DNA of 64,000 nucleotides, from assembly GCA_013239625.1 (NCBI GenBank), contig MU053629.1, forward strand, positions 2,631,567 to 2,695,566, in the 5' to 3' direction. Positions 48,510 to 62,714 of the stretch are shown here, piece by piece (within the stretch, counting starts at the first letter, position 1; each line of letters begins with the position of its first letter). Under the pieces are notes generated by a model. That model was not told the origin of the DNA. It worked only from the letters and a program-made list of their open reading frames with translations, and did not search any database. The position numbers and the translations under genes were made by a program. The stretch comes from Lama guanicoe (Eukaryota).

Positions 48510-49760
48510 TTTTTTTAAATTGAAGCATAATTTTCATTTTGTTAAATCCACCTTTTTGAGTGGACAGTCCTATGATTTTTGACAAATGCAAACAATCATG
48601 TAACCACCATCACTATCAAGATAAAAAATACTGCCATCATTCACCTCAGTAGTTCCCTTGGTGGTCAGCCCCTCCTTCCACCCCCAGCTGCCAAAAATCA
48701 CGGATCTATTCTCTTTCCCTGTCATTCTGCCTTTTTGAGACTGTCCTATAAAAGGAATCCTTTGGTAACAAGCATTTTAAGTCTGCTTTCTTTCATTTAT
48801 CGCTAAGTATAATCACCCGTGTTGTTGCACCTGTCAGTAGTTCGTTCCTTTTTATTGCCGAGTAATATTCTATACTACGGATGTGCCACAATTTACTCAT
48901 CCAATCACCAGCTGAAGGACACGTGGGACGTCTCCAGGTTTTAGCAATTACATTTTAGCTATAAATATTCGCGTACAGGTTTTTGTATAAACATGTTTTT
49001 CACATCTTTTGCATAAACATCTAGGTGTGCGATTGTTCGGTTATATGTTAAATGTATCCTTAACTTTATAAGAAACTGCCAGACTGTTTCCCAGAGCGAT
49101 TGCACCACTTACATTCCAACCAGCAATACGAGAGTTGCAGCTGCTCAGCGCGCCCGTCAACACTTGATACTGTCAAAGGTCCGCGTTTGGCTGTTTTAGC
49201 CTGACGGTTGTAAAGTGTCTTGTTTTAATTTGCATTTCCCTGGTAACCCGTGATGTCGAGCAGCTTTTCATACTCTTATGTGCCATTCCTATGTCTTCTC
49301 TGATGATGTGTCTGTTCAAATATTTTGCCCATTTTGTAATTAGGTTATTTGTTTTCTCACTATTGAATTTTGAGTGAATCTCATATACTCTAGATACAAG
49401 TCCTTTATCAGATGTGTGTTTTGAAAATATCTTTTTCCCAGTCTGTAGCTTGTCTTTTCATTTTCTTAACAGTGTCTTTGGGAGAGCAGCTGTTCTTAAT
49501 TTTGATGAAGTCCAATTTATCAATTTTTAATTTCACGGATTTCTGCTTTTAGTGTTGGATCTAAAAATTTTTGCCTAGCCCATGGTCACAAAGATTTTCT
49601 TTCATGTTTTCTTTAGGAATTTTTTCAGTTTTTACCATTGGGTCTAGGATTAATTTTTAACTAGTTTTTGCACATGGTGCAAGGTTCATTTTTTTGCATG
49701 TGGATGTCCAATTGTTTCTGCACTATTTGTTGAAGACTTGTTTTTCTCCATTGACCAGCT
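48510..49760 (-). mobile_element. Old L1 (L1MB/L1MC-like) 3' region
   Basis: Typical antisense L1 motifs (tttttattgccgagtaatattc, ttttaatttgcatttccctg, tagatacaagtcctttatcaga, ttttgatgaagtccaatttatc). Confidence 0.85.
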
Positions 49761-52700
49761 TCCCCCTGCCTTTTTTTTTTAAACAGTGGGTCTTCAAGGC
49801 ATTGGTGCCAGCACCCCAGAGCTTTTTCCATGCACAAAGGTCAGAAGCATAGCAGGAAGAAATGCCTCTCTTGCCTGATCTCAAAACAGGACTGCGTATG
49901 CCCAAATAAGACAGATTTTTCAGGGGAACAGTGATGTTAGCTTTTACATATAGCCCCTCTGCTCTCCCCAGGACTCACATGAGTCTGCTAAGAACTGCCC
50001 CAGGAGACTGCTAAGACTGTCAAGCACATTTCTGGGTCCAGAACTGCCCCTCCTTTCCAAAGACTCTCATATCTCTCCTGAGGCCCCTTGGCCAGAGAGG
50101 TTTTGGATCCTCTACACCCAACTAATCAGCCTCCATCAAACAGCGGGAGGATGCCCTGAGAAGGCAGCAGCTGCCTTTGCTTTTCTGGCTGCTTTCATCT
50201 GTCAGAGTTGCTGTGGATTTTCATTTGCGCCTGATCATAACCAGTGAAGGAGAAAGCACGCTGTGCAAGGTGTAACAGACTTCTGCCAAGACCTGGCTCT
50301 TGGGGAAGCTTAGGAACTTGAGTCAGGCTCAAACCCAGGCTGAGTCTCCTAATTTCCCATCTTCTGCTCTTCCAATTTCTCACAGTAGCCTCTCATGCAG
50401 GATGGAGGAGAGAGCTGGCTGCTCTCTGGCATGCCAGGGAGGTGAGGGGGTTCCTTCACTGGTTACGCACTTCAGAGAACAAGAACCATGACTCACTCAA
50501 GCCATTCTGGAAAAAAAGAGGCTTGTAAAGATGCCGAAGTCAGGAGTCTGTGGTGTATCTGCTTCTATGGAGCAGCCCCGCTTGCCCCTTGCTCCTCGTG
50601 GGTCCATCTCCTGCATTTTCCTAGTTCACGTTCCACCAGGAGTCATTCTGATTGGCTCAGCTAGTGGGTGGAGCCTTTCCCAAGAAGCCCTGCTCCACCA
50701 GTCAACTGCCAGTGGATGGATGGCCTGGGTTTAGGTTGGACGCTCAGTCTGAGCCAATCAGTGGCCACTCCCAGCCAAATACCACAATAACAGCGCTTCC
50801 CCAAGTAGGGAGCGATGGATGCACAATTATGCCTAGGAGGGGGTCTGGGGTGTGGTGGCACCCTCAAGGTTACAAGCACAATACGGGAGCTTATCCTCAT
50901 ATCTCAAACAGGCAGACACACGCCCTGAGCTTTCCAGCCCACAGCTCTCTCCACCCTCTGAGCTGCCCCGGCCCCAGTCTCACCATTTCCCAATTAGTCT
51001 CACCCTGAGTTGAAGAGCTCTTTGTTCCACCTGGAAATGCTGTCTTCCCTCACTGGACTGTGAGCTCCTAAAAGGCAAGGACCATGTTTTATCTCTGTCG
51101 CCCCAGCACCTGGCTCAATGTCATAAATTTGTCGATCCCTGAGAGGGGAAGGGGCTTCCCAAGGCCATTCATGGAAGGAGGGAGAGAGCTAGGGTGGAGC
51201 CCAAGTCTCCTGTTCCACATCTAGGCTCCTCTCTGCCTCCAGTAGGCTGCCTGGAATCTCACTGAGATGTGAAGCCACTGGCTCTGCCCTGAGACACTGA
51301 GACATCCTCCCTTGAGGATGCAGCCCCAGCCCTGACCCCTGACACCTGGGCAGCCCTGAGTCAGTTCTGGGAATGAACCTCCTGTCCTGCTTCATGTTAG
51401 CCTCCAGGGGATGCTCACAGCAGACCCACAGACAGCCTGACCCCAAGTTCCTGAATGTTCTGCTTCACTATGGGCCTCAGGATCCATGAGGGCTGCAGTG
51501 GGAGAGGGAAGCAGACAGGCAGGCTGAACCAGCTGCTCAGCCCAGCCTGTGTGCCTCCTCTGCAAGTGTGTAGCATGTGTGGCTGTGCAAGAGGGGGCGT
51601 GCAGGCCTGAGTGGGCATGTTGTGACGCGTGTGTGCCTGCACTCAGCTCTGATCCCCAAGTATAATGTCACCTTAGGCGTTTCGCTTTCCCTCTCTGGAC
51701 CTCAGTTTCCTCCACAGTAGAACAAGAGGGTTAGGCTCAAGAGCTCTCTCCTCTTCTCCCGTCACCACTGCTCCTTACACCTCCCTCCAGACCCCTCTTC
51801 CTGTTTTCAGCAGAGCAGCTCTCCCAGCCTCTAACACCCCCCTCCCTGCAGATCCCCAGCTTACCAGGGGCCTCATCTTCTACCTCCAGCTCTTATTAAA
51901 GCCTTTCGCTTACAGGAACAGCTCTCTCCCCAGAAGAATGCAGGTACATTCTCCACTACCTTGGCCACGTGTATGTGTTTGAGTGTAACTGTCTGTGACT
52001 ACAAGTGTGTCTGTACCGTGGTGTGCAGGTGATGATCAGAGGGAAAGGGAGAGATGGCAGGGGCCCCACAGGGAGAATGGGTCTCTATGCTTAGATCTCT
52101 GTGTTTGATTTCCAAACACACAGAGAAAGGCTCCTAAGGGCAGGTACCCATACTCCAGCGTTGTGAACATTCTTATAATATCTATTTGTAAGCAAGACTC
52201 GGTCTGTATCACCTCCTCCAGGAACCCTTCCTGGTAGCCCTGCACTGAACTAACTGCCCTTCTCCTGTCTTCTATGAGCCCTGTGTCCTATGCACGCCTC
52301 CAGCAGAGCGTTCAGCACATTCTATTTAGATTGTCTGTGTTCTCGCCTGCCCCATCTCTATGGTGAAACCCCTAGAGGACAGGGATCATGTCTCACCCCC
52401 TCAGCATCCCAGCACCTGGGATGTTCAGAACCTGTCTGTGGACTGGGCTGGCCTGGCCTCCCATGCGCCCAGTAAGATATTGCCCCCTCAATGGCCCCAC
52501 TCCCCTACGCCCACCATGCCCTCTGCAGTGCAGGGCAAATCAAACCGAATACACCTGTGGGGCTTTCCTCTTGGGGTCACCACCCCAGGACCTTCCCCAG
52601 GCCCAGGCAAGGCTTGTTCTAACCCTGAAGATGGAGGCAGCCTGGGATACAGGGTGTGGACTGCCTGGCTGATTCCGCCCCACCCCAGGGCCTCCACCAC

Positions 52701-55059
52701 AGGGAGACTTCCTCCTTTTTTCCTGAACTTTCTGGCCCTGGTGCGAACCTTGCTGGCGCCCAGGGGCTTTTAATATTTTCCGTTCCTGGCTGTTATACAA
52801 TATTTCACCTCAAAAATGCGTCCTCCCCTTCACCAAAGGGCGCGCCTTTCCAGTGAGAGGAACCGGGCAGGGTGAGTGGAGGTGACCCACCTCATTCTGG
52901 GGCTTAAAGGAGGCCCAGCCCAGCACTTTGGAGAAAGAGGTGGCAGAAACATCTCCCCAGCCAGAGGAGACGAGCTCCCGGGCTGGTCTGAGGCCTCGTG
53001 GTCCCACTCGAAGCTCCACTCGAAGCCCAGATCCACTGCCAGAAGGGCACCACCTGCTTGTCCTGGCCCCTCTAGAACTCCAGTCCCACCCTTCCCACTT
53101 GCCCTCTGACCCCAGTCAAGTGGCTTCACTTCTCTGAGCCCAAGGTCCCCGCCTATACAGTGAGGATGATGATAGCAACCTCTTTCAGGGTCCTTGTGAC
53201 GCCCAAATGCTGCACATTCACATCATCTGGGAGCTTTAAAACACACCCTGCCGCGCCCACCCTTGGTAATGCTGATTTAACTGGTGCGGGTGTAGCCTGG
53301 GCATCGGTAGATTTTAAAAGCTCTCAGGTGACGCTCTCTCGCAGCTGAGACCAACTGCTCTGATGGGGAAAGAAGGCGCGTTCTAAAGGGACTCCTGACA
53401 GGTGCCGCTGCTGCTTTGATGAGGGAAGGCACTGCACCCCATTTTCCTGAATATATCTGGGTGGAGAGAAAGCACTTTGGAAATGCTGGCGAGGGGCCCT
53501 GCACGTGTGCCCTGTGACTTTGCAAGCCAGCCCTGCCCGCACACAGAGGCCTCTGAGCCCCCAGCCTCCTCAGACACAGGCCAGGCCCCAGCAAGCCCGC
53601 CTGGTGACCCCTCGGCTGGGCAGCCGGGCCCTCCCCAGGGGAACCCAGCCTCCCCTCCCCAGACACAGGCCCTGAGCCCAGAGAGGGCAGCTGGGGGCCA
53701 GGTCACCCTGCTCCCGACCCCGACCCCCGAGCTGCAGTGAAGGGCAGCGGCCACTGGAGAATTAAGCAGGGAGAGAGCCAGGTGCCCTGTGGGGGGAGGG
53801 GAGGGTGTTCGGGGGCCTGCTGGGGAGAGCGACATCTGCTTTCCTCGTCCTGGGAGAGGATCTGCAGAAGGTTCCGCAGCCCAGAGGAAGAAAACAGCTG
53901 GAGAGCCAGGCGCCTGGGGAGGGGCGGGGGCGGGTGGAAATTACACGCTTCTCACAGTGGCCGCGCTCACCCCCCAGCGCCTGGCCCCACGCGCCTGGCC
54001 TTGGACAAAGGCAGGAGGAGGGGTTCTCTCCAGGGGGCGGCCCAGCCACAGTCCAACTTCCCCCGCCAAGGCCAGAGCCCTCAGCCTCGCGGGGCCCCAG
54101 GTTTGCAGCGGGGCAGGGCACAGGCCGGGGGGAGGGGGGCTAGACTGCCCTGGGAGACCTCGGCCATGGGGAGAGGAGGCTGCTGGTCGCTGGAGACCCT
54201 GTTTAGGGCTTTACTCACAGCCCAGGTCCCAGGCTCCTGGCCGGAGGGAGGGAGAGGGAGGGAAGGAGGTATGGGGAGTGAGGTGTGGGGGTCCAGCACA
54301 GAAGTCAGGAAGGAGGAGGGGACGGTTTAGCTGCCAGACTGGGCCCCACCAGAGGGAAGCCCAGGAAGAAAAGAGGCCACGACCACCACCTCAGGGAGTG
54401 CCGTCCTGCTCAGGTTCATTTTCCAACTGAAGGCATGTTAAGGTGGGCACTGGGGCACAGGAAGGCTCTGGGACACTGGGGCTGGGCTGCGGCCTCCAGA
54501 GAAGCATCCACAGCCTCAGCAGGGGGAACAGGGGACTATAAATTAGGAAAAACTCCAGTCTCAACAAGTCTGCCCCCTCACCCTGCTGTCTAAGGTGAAA
54601 AATTAAACCCTGTCTCCACCATAAACTGCCTGTATTCATTTATTCCTCCTGCAAATACTTTGAGCTTCTGCTATGTACCAGGCCCTGAGATAGGTGCTGG
54701 GGGTATAGAAGACAATAAAGCACAGCCCCAACTTTTGAGGAACTTACCCCATAGATAGGGAGATGGGCCCTGCAAAACAATGAGACCACTGCATGGGTTG
54801 GTGTGGGCCACCTGTCTTGGGGTCCCTCTGGGACATCTTCCCAACAGTGAGTCTCAGGGAAGGCTTCGTGGAGGAGGTGTTATCATAGCTGAGTATAAAA
54901 AATGAATGGCAATTAGACAAAAAGGAAGAGGAAGGGCACTCTGGGCAAGGAAGACAGCAACAGCAAAATGAGTATGTGTGGAGGTTTTGCTAATGAGGAG
55001 TCAGGAGGTGCTGGAAGATGCAGCACGGGGCAGTGTCTCTGGACACTGCCTTAGTTGAG

Positions 55060-55206
55060 GAGGGAGAGTATAGCTCAAGTGGTAGAGCACCTGCTTAGCA
55101 CGCGTGAAGTCCTGGGTTCAATACCCAACACCTCCTCTAAGAATAAATAAACCTAATTACCTCCCTGAACCAGGGGGAAAAAAAAGAAGAAGAAGGAAAA
55201 AAGATT
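55060..55206 (+). mobile_element. tRNA-derived SINE (vic-1-like, long form)
   Basis: GTATAGCTCAAGTGGTAGAGC...GGGTTCAATACCC; 10-bp TSD CTTAGTTGAG at 55050-55059 and 55207-55216. Confidence 0.9.
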
Positions 55207-57404
55207 CTTAGTTGAGAGCAACAGAAACTGATGCTGACTAGTTAAACAGAAAAGAAAATTACAAAGGGATGTTGGATGCCACACTCCTGCAAGCCCCAAT
55301 TCATAAATTCAAAGCTCAGCTCAAACCCACCCAGGACAGAGTACACGGCAAAGTTAGCTATGGAGGTTCCCCAAAGATCATTGTGTCCAGAATTCTTAAT
55401 CTTGGGCCCACAGATGGTGGTGGGGGGGAGCAAAAGGCATAACATTTTAAATATGTGTATGTATATTTTCCTGGGCACAGGGTCCATAACTTTCATCGGA
55501 TTCACAAAGGAACCCATGCTGTAGGTCGAAGTCAGGTTCTCCCGGAAGCAAGTCCTGAGATGAAGATTCACACGTAAGTGACTTAGTAAAGAAACGTCCC
55601 CAGAAGAAACTGGTAAGGGAGAAGAAGAATCAGGATAGTAGGGAAGGGGAACAAGCCAAGAAGGAGTGCAATTTTGTGTGAAAACCCATACTGGCTGGCA
55701 ATGAAGTAAGGACTACTCAGGCCAGACAGAAACAACAGCTAGAATTTAGGGGCAATGGACTCTAAGCAATGAAATCAGCTTTTACCTTGAAGACATTGTT
55801 TGAACTTAATAAACATGAGTCTCAGTTTTTCAGCCTCAGGGAAATGGGACAAGATTTAGAAGAATTCCATGCTTAAAACAATCCCAAGCTGGAGGAACTG
55901 GGACAACTTTGATGACAATAGCCTAATGGTGACTCTCCCCATGGGGCTAGGCCCTACGTCCCCTAAAGTCGTTCTCAGAGGAGAGTGGATGCCCAGGAAA
56001 GGTCAGGGGGCTGTTAAGCAGAAGGAAGGGGGAATGGCCATTGGGTAGCCAAGCAGCAAGGCCTGCTTCACTGAGGGAATAACTCAAGTTATGAACTTGA
56101 CCCAGAGGAGACGCTTTAGTGCTGGGGGAGGCAGGGGAGTGGGAGGATGACGAATTTGAGTTCACTTCTGAGTCTGCATTCAGATTCACCTCCTAATCTG
56201 GCCCACTGGACTCATTCATGTCTGAGACCCACCAAGGGAGCTAGTGTAATGAAAAAAATAAAAAGGACTACAAAGAGCAAACAAATCCACTTTGGGAACT
56301 CACCAAGCAAAGAGAAACATTTCCCCCTCCGCAGTGGTAGCCTTCCAGCTTTGGCCTCAGAAGGGCTCTTTGACTCAGTCAAGGCAGGGAAAGGTAGGGC
56401 CATTGGCCTGCCTACTGGATCAGGCTGCTTATGAGTTCACAGGATCAATGACCTGAGAACTGTCAGAAATACGTGGGTGGACTTTGCAGGGGCTGGAGGG
56501 GCTCCTCACCCACCTCAGCAGGGGGATGCAAACAACAGGTGGAATTGGTGCTTACTGTTTCATTTTTATTCATGTAGCTCCATTTATACCCTAAGGCTAT
56601 TAAAGCCTGGGGAGCCCAGGTTATAAGACTGAAAAAATACCTTTCAGACTTGATAATTAGATTCTGGATCATGTTGGAAAGAGAAGTTTCAGGGGGGTGT
56701 TGGGGGCTGAAGTCAGCCTACAAAGAATGAGGAAGGAAAGACAGGAGGTGAGGAAGTGGAGACATTGTTAATTACTCTTTGGAGAAACTTGGATAGGGAG
56801 AGGAATGAAGGGTTACACGGTGGCCAGAAACAGGAGGAGAGGATCCTTTGTAGAATGGAAGAGACTAGAGCAAGTTCTTGGCCTAAGGAGAAGGAGCTAA
56901 GAGAACAAGGTTTTATAGATCTGGGGCAAGATCCCAGAATTCATGAGGGGAATGGGATTCAGGAACTGGGAGAATTTGTAGAGATGGGCATCTCTCTGGA
57001 GCAGGGCTCAGCAGGCCAGCCAATCTCAGGAGCAGGAAAGGTGGGCTCTATGCATGATTCAAGGACAGGCTGAGCCTGGGAAGACAGGGGAGCAAGTGAA
57101 TCAGGGCTACTGGGGAGGGAAGGATTCAAATGACCCTCCAGAGGTTCAGGCTGGGAAAGGAGGAAGCCTGATGAGAAGGGGCAAAAAGACTGGACCAGAG
57201 GTCTCCAGGAAGTTAAAAAAAAGTCAAGGGTCATTAAGGTTGTCCACACGTAGGATTGTCGAAGACTGTGTTAGGCAGTGGAGTTTGACATTAAAGATTT
57301 CTGAGGAGGAGCACCTTATCCCAGTTATTTAACCTCTCCAAGCCTCTCAGCTTCCTAATCTATAAAATGAGACTAAAATTCCCACCCATAAAAATACTAA
57401 AAGC

Positions 57405-57500
57405 TGGAGGAGGATATAGCTAAAGTGGTAGAGTGCGTGCTTGGCATGCATGAGATCCTGGGTTCAATCCCCAGTACCTCCACAAAAATAAATAAGTAAA
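57405..57500 (+). mobile_element. tRNA-derived SINE (vic-1-like, short form)
   Basis: GGATATAGCTAAAGTGGTAGAGTGCGTGCTTGGCATGCATGAGATCCTGGGTTCAATCCCCAGTACCTCC with an A-rich tail. Confidence 0.88.
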
Positions 57501-57519
57501 CAGCTTATAGCTGGATACA

Positions 57520-58950
57520 TTTGCTTTGTCTAGTTTGGCAGCCTTCTTTTAACTGAACCATTTAGTCCATTCACATTTATTAAAATGCTGATATATACAT
57601 TTATATATTTATTTATATATTTATGTGTGTATACATATATTTCTACCCTATTATTTTGTATTTTCCCTGCCTTTTCTTGATTTCTTTTTCTGTTCTTTCC
57701 TGCTTTCTTGATTATTTTTTCTCATTTTTCTCCTTTATCAGTTTGCAAATTATACCTTTTCTTTGCTATTCTTAGTGATTATACTAGAAACTTTAATATG
57801 CACATTTTGTCTAAGCCTAAAGTTAATCAGTATCTTTAAATCTTTCTTAAATAAAAAAGGAACTTGGAACTAATTCTAATCACCGCTCTTTTAGCTCATA
57901 TACCACTGCTTTTATGTCTTTGAATTTTATCTTTAAGTTTACAAGACATTGTTAGTATTGTTTATACAATATTTGCTTTAACTCATGTAGGTACCACTTT
58001 CTCTGCTCTGCATTCCTTCTTGTCTTTCATTCCATCACTTTCTTTCTGCTAGTGGCAAATATAGCTTTTGTCATCTCATCATGTCATTATTTTTTCTAAC
58101 TCTTAAAGTATCTTTTCATTGGTTTTAGAATGTTTGGTTGAAAGTCACTTTCTCTCAGCACAGTGAAAATATAATTCTACGATCTTCCAGCTATTAAGAA
58201 ATCAGCTGTTTTAGTCTAACTGTCACTACCTTGAAAACAATCTGTTCTTAACACTTTCTGTCTTTGGTAATCTGCATTTGCACTGTGTGTCTACTTGTAG
58301 ATTTCTTTTTATTGATTCTTCGTAGGATTTACTGAGATTCTTGAATGTATGAATTGATGGATTTCTGGATAAGTCTCAGTCACTAACTAGTCAAATGTTA
58401 CTTCTGTCCCATAATCTCTCTCTTCTCCTCTGGAACCTCTGATTATATGTATTTTGGACCATTTCACTTTATCCTCCATGTCTTTTAACTACTCTTTCAT
58501 ATTTACCATTTTTTAAAAATTTCTCTGTGCTTCATTTTAGAGAATTTCTCCAGGTCTATCTTCCAGTTCTAATTTTATTGTGTCTGATATAGTCAGTTGT
58601 GTATAAACTTCCATTAAACACAACCTTTGAATTTGTAGATTTCGTTGTGATAATTTAAATTTCTAGAGGGACATCCTATTTCTTGTTCAAATATACTTGG
58701 TCCTTCTTCAGAGTCTCTTGTTCCCTGATTAAATTTTCAAGCTTCTTTTCTACTCTTTCAGCATTTTAAACAGTTATTTGATACTATTTGATAATTCTAA
58801 TATCTGAGTCTATGCAGATTTATTTCCACTGTCCGTGGTTTCCTTGAGTGTTTTGTAATTTTCAACTAGGAGCTACTTATTTCTTTGGAGCTTCCTCTGT
58901 GGGAATCCTTGAGGCTTGGGATGGAGAGGTTTTTTCCAGGAGTGTTTGCA
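57520..58950 (-). mobile_element. Ancient L1 (L1ME-like) fragment
   Basis: T-rich degenerate antisense L1 (tttagtccattcacatttatt, tttctctcagcac, tctctcttctcctctggaac). Confidence 0.6.
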
Positions 58951-60312
58951 TTTGATTTACCAGATGCTTATGGTGTTACCAGAGTGAGCCCATTTTAAAT
59001 TCAATGCTGGACTGACATTTTTCAGACCATCTAAGTAGTGTGAATTTGGGCTTCAAATGACATAGGTAGCGCGTATAGTTCTGAATTTGCAGGGGCTATT
59101 TTATTCTCTCCTGAGAAGAGGGAAATAAAGGTGGGAATTTTTCTCTTCCGTCTGTTTGGAGGTGGTGGTGCTTCTCTCTGGTTAATAATTCTCTAAAGTC
59201 CCAATCTTTCGTGGGGAAGGTCTTATCAGACTTCCCACCTTGAGTGTCTCTCAGTCGTGTGCTGGAACTGGCTCCTACCAGCACAGAACCACCAAATATC
59301 TAGGAATTGCTCCTGCCCTCTTGGTACCATCAGGAGCTTGAAACTGGTCATGGTGGGAGTATTTACCCCATGGAAATCAGCAAATACAAAAACAGGGTAC
59401 TTTGTTTTGCTGGAGAGTCAGTTGCTAGTACACCACTGGTTTCTCTCAAATCACCCCACCCCTATGAGACCAAGTTCAAGTTTACTGAGTTAAAAAATAA
59501 AAATAATAAAGTTTCAGTTGTCTGAGATGAAAAAGTCCTAGGGATCTCCTGTACAACACTGTGCTCATAGTTAACAATACTGTGCTGTACACTTAAAATT
59601 TTGTTGAGGGTAGATCTCGTGATCTATCTATATATATCCACGGTATAAACAAATGAACGAATAAAATAGCTCAACTTACCCCTCCGGATTATTAAGTTTC
59701 TTGGCCTGAGTATTCCTCGCTTTCTTGCCAGCTCATCAGAGTATTTTTAAAAAGTTGGTTTTTTCATCTTATCCAGAATCGCTTGCAGAAGGAAGCTTAT
59801 TTAGTGTACCTCGTCTACCTTATTACCAGAAATGAACTGTTCTGTTTCATAACCTAGAAATTGAGAGTGTTGTGCTAAATCAGTGATTTTTAACACTTGG
59901 GAGACACAGGCCTTTAAAAATTTTGATAAAAATTAGAGCCTAGAGACCCTTTCCCCAGAAAAATACACACAGAGGAAATCTATGTTTTTGCTCCCCTGAA
60001 ACCATGCACGGGCCCTAGATTAAGACTCTCCAATGACATGAATGCTCTCTGAGGTTCCTGCCAAAGTTAACTTTTGTTGGCCACGCCATGTTCTCTGCCC
60101 TAAGCAGAGTTTGCAAGAGCCTTCTCTTGGGTGAGTATGAGGGGTACAGACCTTTGAGTTTCTGAATTGGGTCTTCCAGGGTCTCCGGGGCCTCTTAGGG
60201 AAGGAGAAACTTGACAGTTGTCAACCAACACTTACACAGACTAAAGCACAGGCAGTATTCCGTCAACCAGACCTCTCCACATTTACTCATTCAGTGAGTA
60301 TTTATTGGATCC

Positions 60313-60846
60313 TGTTCCTACTGTCTACTGCTACATAACAAATCATCCCCAAACTTAGTGACTTATACAATAATAACAGCAATCATTCATTTTTTCATCT
60401 CTCATGGCTCTAAGAGTAACTGGGCTCAGCGAGGTAATTCTCACTCAGGGTTTGTCATGTGGTTGTAATCAGATGTCAGCTGAGGCTGGAATCATCTCAA
60501 AGCCTCCCTCAGTGCATGTCTGGCAGTTGATAGTGGCTGTAGGCTAAGTTTTCGGCGGGGCCTTTAGCTGACAGGGCACCTATGTGTGTCCTCCCTATGT
60601 GACTTGGGCATCCTCGCAGCATAGCAGCTGAGTACTGAAAGGGAGGATTCAGGAAGAGAGCACACCAGGAGGAAACCATATTACCTTCCACGGTCTAGGC
60701 CTCGATATCTCACTGTATTGTTTCTGCCACATTCTGTTATTAGACCGGTCCGCATTTAACGGGAGGTCAACAGAGTTGAGGACTTCTTCTACATCTTGAT
60801 GGGAAGAGTATCAGAAAATGTGCAGACATGTTTTAAAACCACCACA
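60313..60846 (-). mobile_element. MaLR MLT1-type LTR
   Basis: ctactgctacataacaaatcatccccaaacttagtgactta...tttaaaaccaccaca. Confidence 0.7.
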
Positions 60847-60849
60847 CGC

Positions 60850-61440
60850 CCCTTCTGTGTGCCAAGCACTGGACAAGGCTCTTGTGACAGACTGGGTGAG
60901 TAACACAAATCCTGCCCTTATGGTACTTACAGTCTAGTGGTGGAGATACATGCTAATAAAATAATATTACAAATATGTACACAATTGTAAACTTTGACAG
61001 TGCTCTGGAAAATGAGTACAGGGAGCCACCATGAGAAATTGTATTACACATTTGTATGACCTGGACCAGGGACCCAAGGATGAATTCCCTGAAGAAGAGA
61101 AGACATCTGGGTTGAGATCTGAAGCATGAGTGGATGCTAATTCCATGAAAGTGGCTGACGAAAAGCTTTCCAGGCAGAGGGAATCTTAGGCCATGGCCCT
61201 AGGGCAGGAGGCAAGGTAGTCTGAGAGGCAGCCAGTGTGTCTGGAGGCAGATAGCAGGGAAGGGTGGTGTAAGACAAGGCTGCAGTGGTGGGCTGGGGCC
61301 AGGCTCCCAGACTTTTTAGGCCAAGTGAGAATATTAGTTTTGGGCCTTAAAGCTGCAGAAAGCTACTGAAGGGCCACTCATTGGAGAGTGATATGAACAT
61401 ATCTGTCATCTAAAAATCACTCTGGCTCCTGTGTGGGTGG
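60850..61440. mobile_element. L2 fragment (other L2/MIR relics at ~4025, ~12560, ~15660, ~17690, ~19700, ~35250, ~37320, ~39070, ~45780, ~54630, ~62150)
   Basis: tgtgccaagcactgg, cctgcccttatggtacttacagtctagtgg, ttccaggcagaggga, aaaatcactctggct. Confidence 0.6.
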
Positions 61441-61676
61441 CCCCTGCCAGATGCTGAGTCAGGTCTGGAAGGACTGGGAGACTCTTATCTGCAGCACTCC
61501 CCCTCTCCATGAGACTCACCCACACATATGCCCAGGCCGCAGCAGGCTAGGCTCTGTGTCTCTAGACTAGGCTCCTGCATCCTGTATTTGACCTTTTTGG
61601 TCCCTCTTCCCAGGCAGGAAGTCCTGCCATTTTGCATTACTCAATTAGTCACTCTTTTAGTCTGCCAGTTAGTTGG

Positions 61677-62141
61677 TATAGTGGTATAATGGCCTCCAAA
61701 AGATATGTCCACATGCTAATCCCCAGAACCTGAGAATGTCACCTTATTTGGGGGAAAAAAAGTCATATATGAACATAATTTAGTTAAGGATCTGGAGAAG
61801 AGTAGATCATCCTTGATTTTCTGGGTGGTCCCTAAATCCTATGACAAATATTCTTAAAAGAGTGAGACAGAGGGAGATTTGACATGGACAGAAGAGGAGG
61901 AAGTAATGGGGAGTGATAGAGACAGAGACTGAAGTGATGAGGCTACAGGTCAAGGAATGCCAACAGCTGTCAGAAGGTGGAGCCTCCAGAAAGAATACGG
62001 CCCTGCTGATGCCTTGATTTCAGCCCAGTGATGTGATTGTGAACTTACACCCTCCAGAACTGAGAGAATAAATTTCTTTCTGGTTGTTTTAAGCCACCAG
62101 TTTGTGGTAATTTGTTAGAGCAACCAGAAGAAATGAATACA
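61677..62141 (+). mobile_element. MaLR MLT1C/D-like LTR
   Basis: aatggcctccaaaagatatgtccac...gaatgtcaccttatttgg...tttaagccaccagtttgtggtaatttgtt...aataca. Confidence 0.8.
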
Positions 62142-62714
62142 GTTGAGGACTTCTTTAGTTGTTCCTTCCTGCTGAGCTTTACTGGCTCCTTCAGGGAACC
62201 TCCAAGTGTTGGAATGCCCAAGGCTCCATTTTCAGACTTCTTTGTCTATTCTATGTGAGCTCATCCCTTCACGTGGCCTTAAAAGGCCATTTATTTGCTA
62301 ATATCCTCCAAATTTTATCTCCACCTAGGGCCTTCTCATGAAGTTCAGCCATCTTTTCATGCAGATGAAAAGAAGACTCTGGTCCACTCCCACCTCCATC
62401 CCCAAATTCTCCTGGCCAGGCATCCCCAGCCACTTAAGTTGGAAGTAGATGGTAGCCATCCTAGATTTATTTCTCGATTTCCCTCATATCTTGTAAGTCT
62501 GCTAGTAAGTCTTGTTGTTTAGGTCTCAAAATACTTCTCAAATCCATCCACTCCTCTTCCTTTCCATGGTCACTACAGCCACCAGCATCTCTTACCCAGA
62601 TGACTGCACCAGCCTCCTAAAAACCCCCAGCTTCTACTCTTATCCCCTCTCCTGTCCCTTCTCCTTACAGTAGCCAGAGTGAGTTTAAAAAATTAGATCA
62701 GGTTGCAGTTTCTT

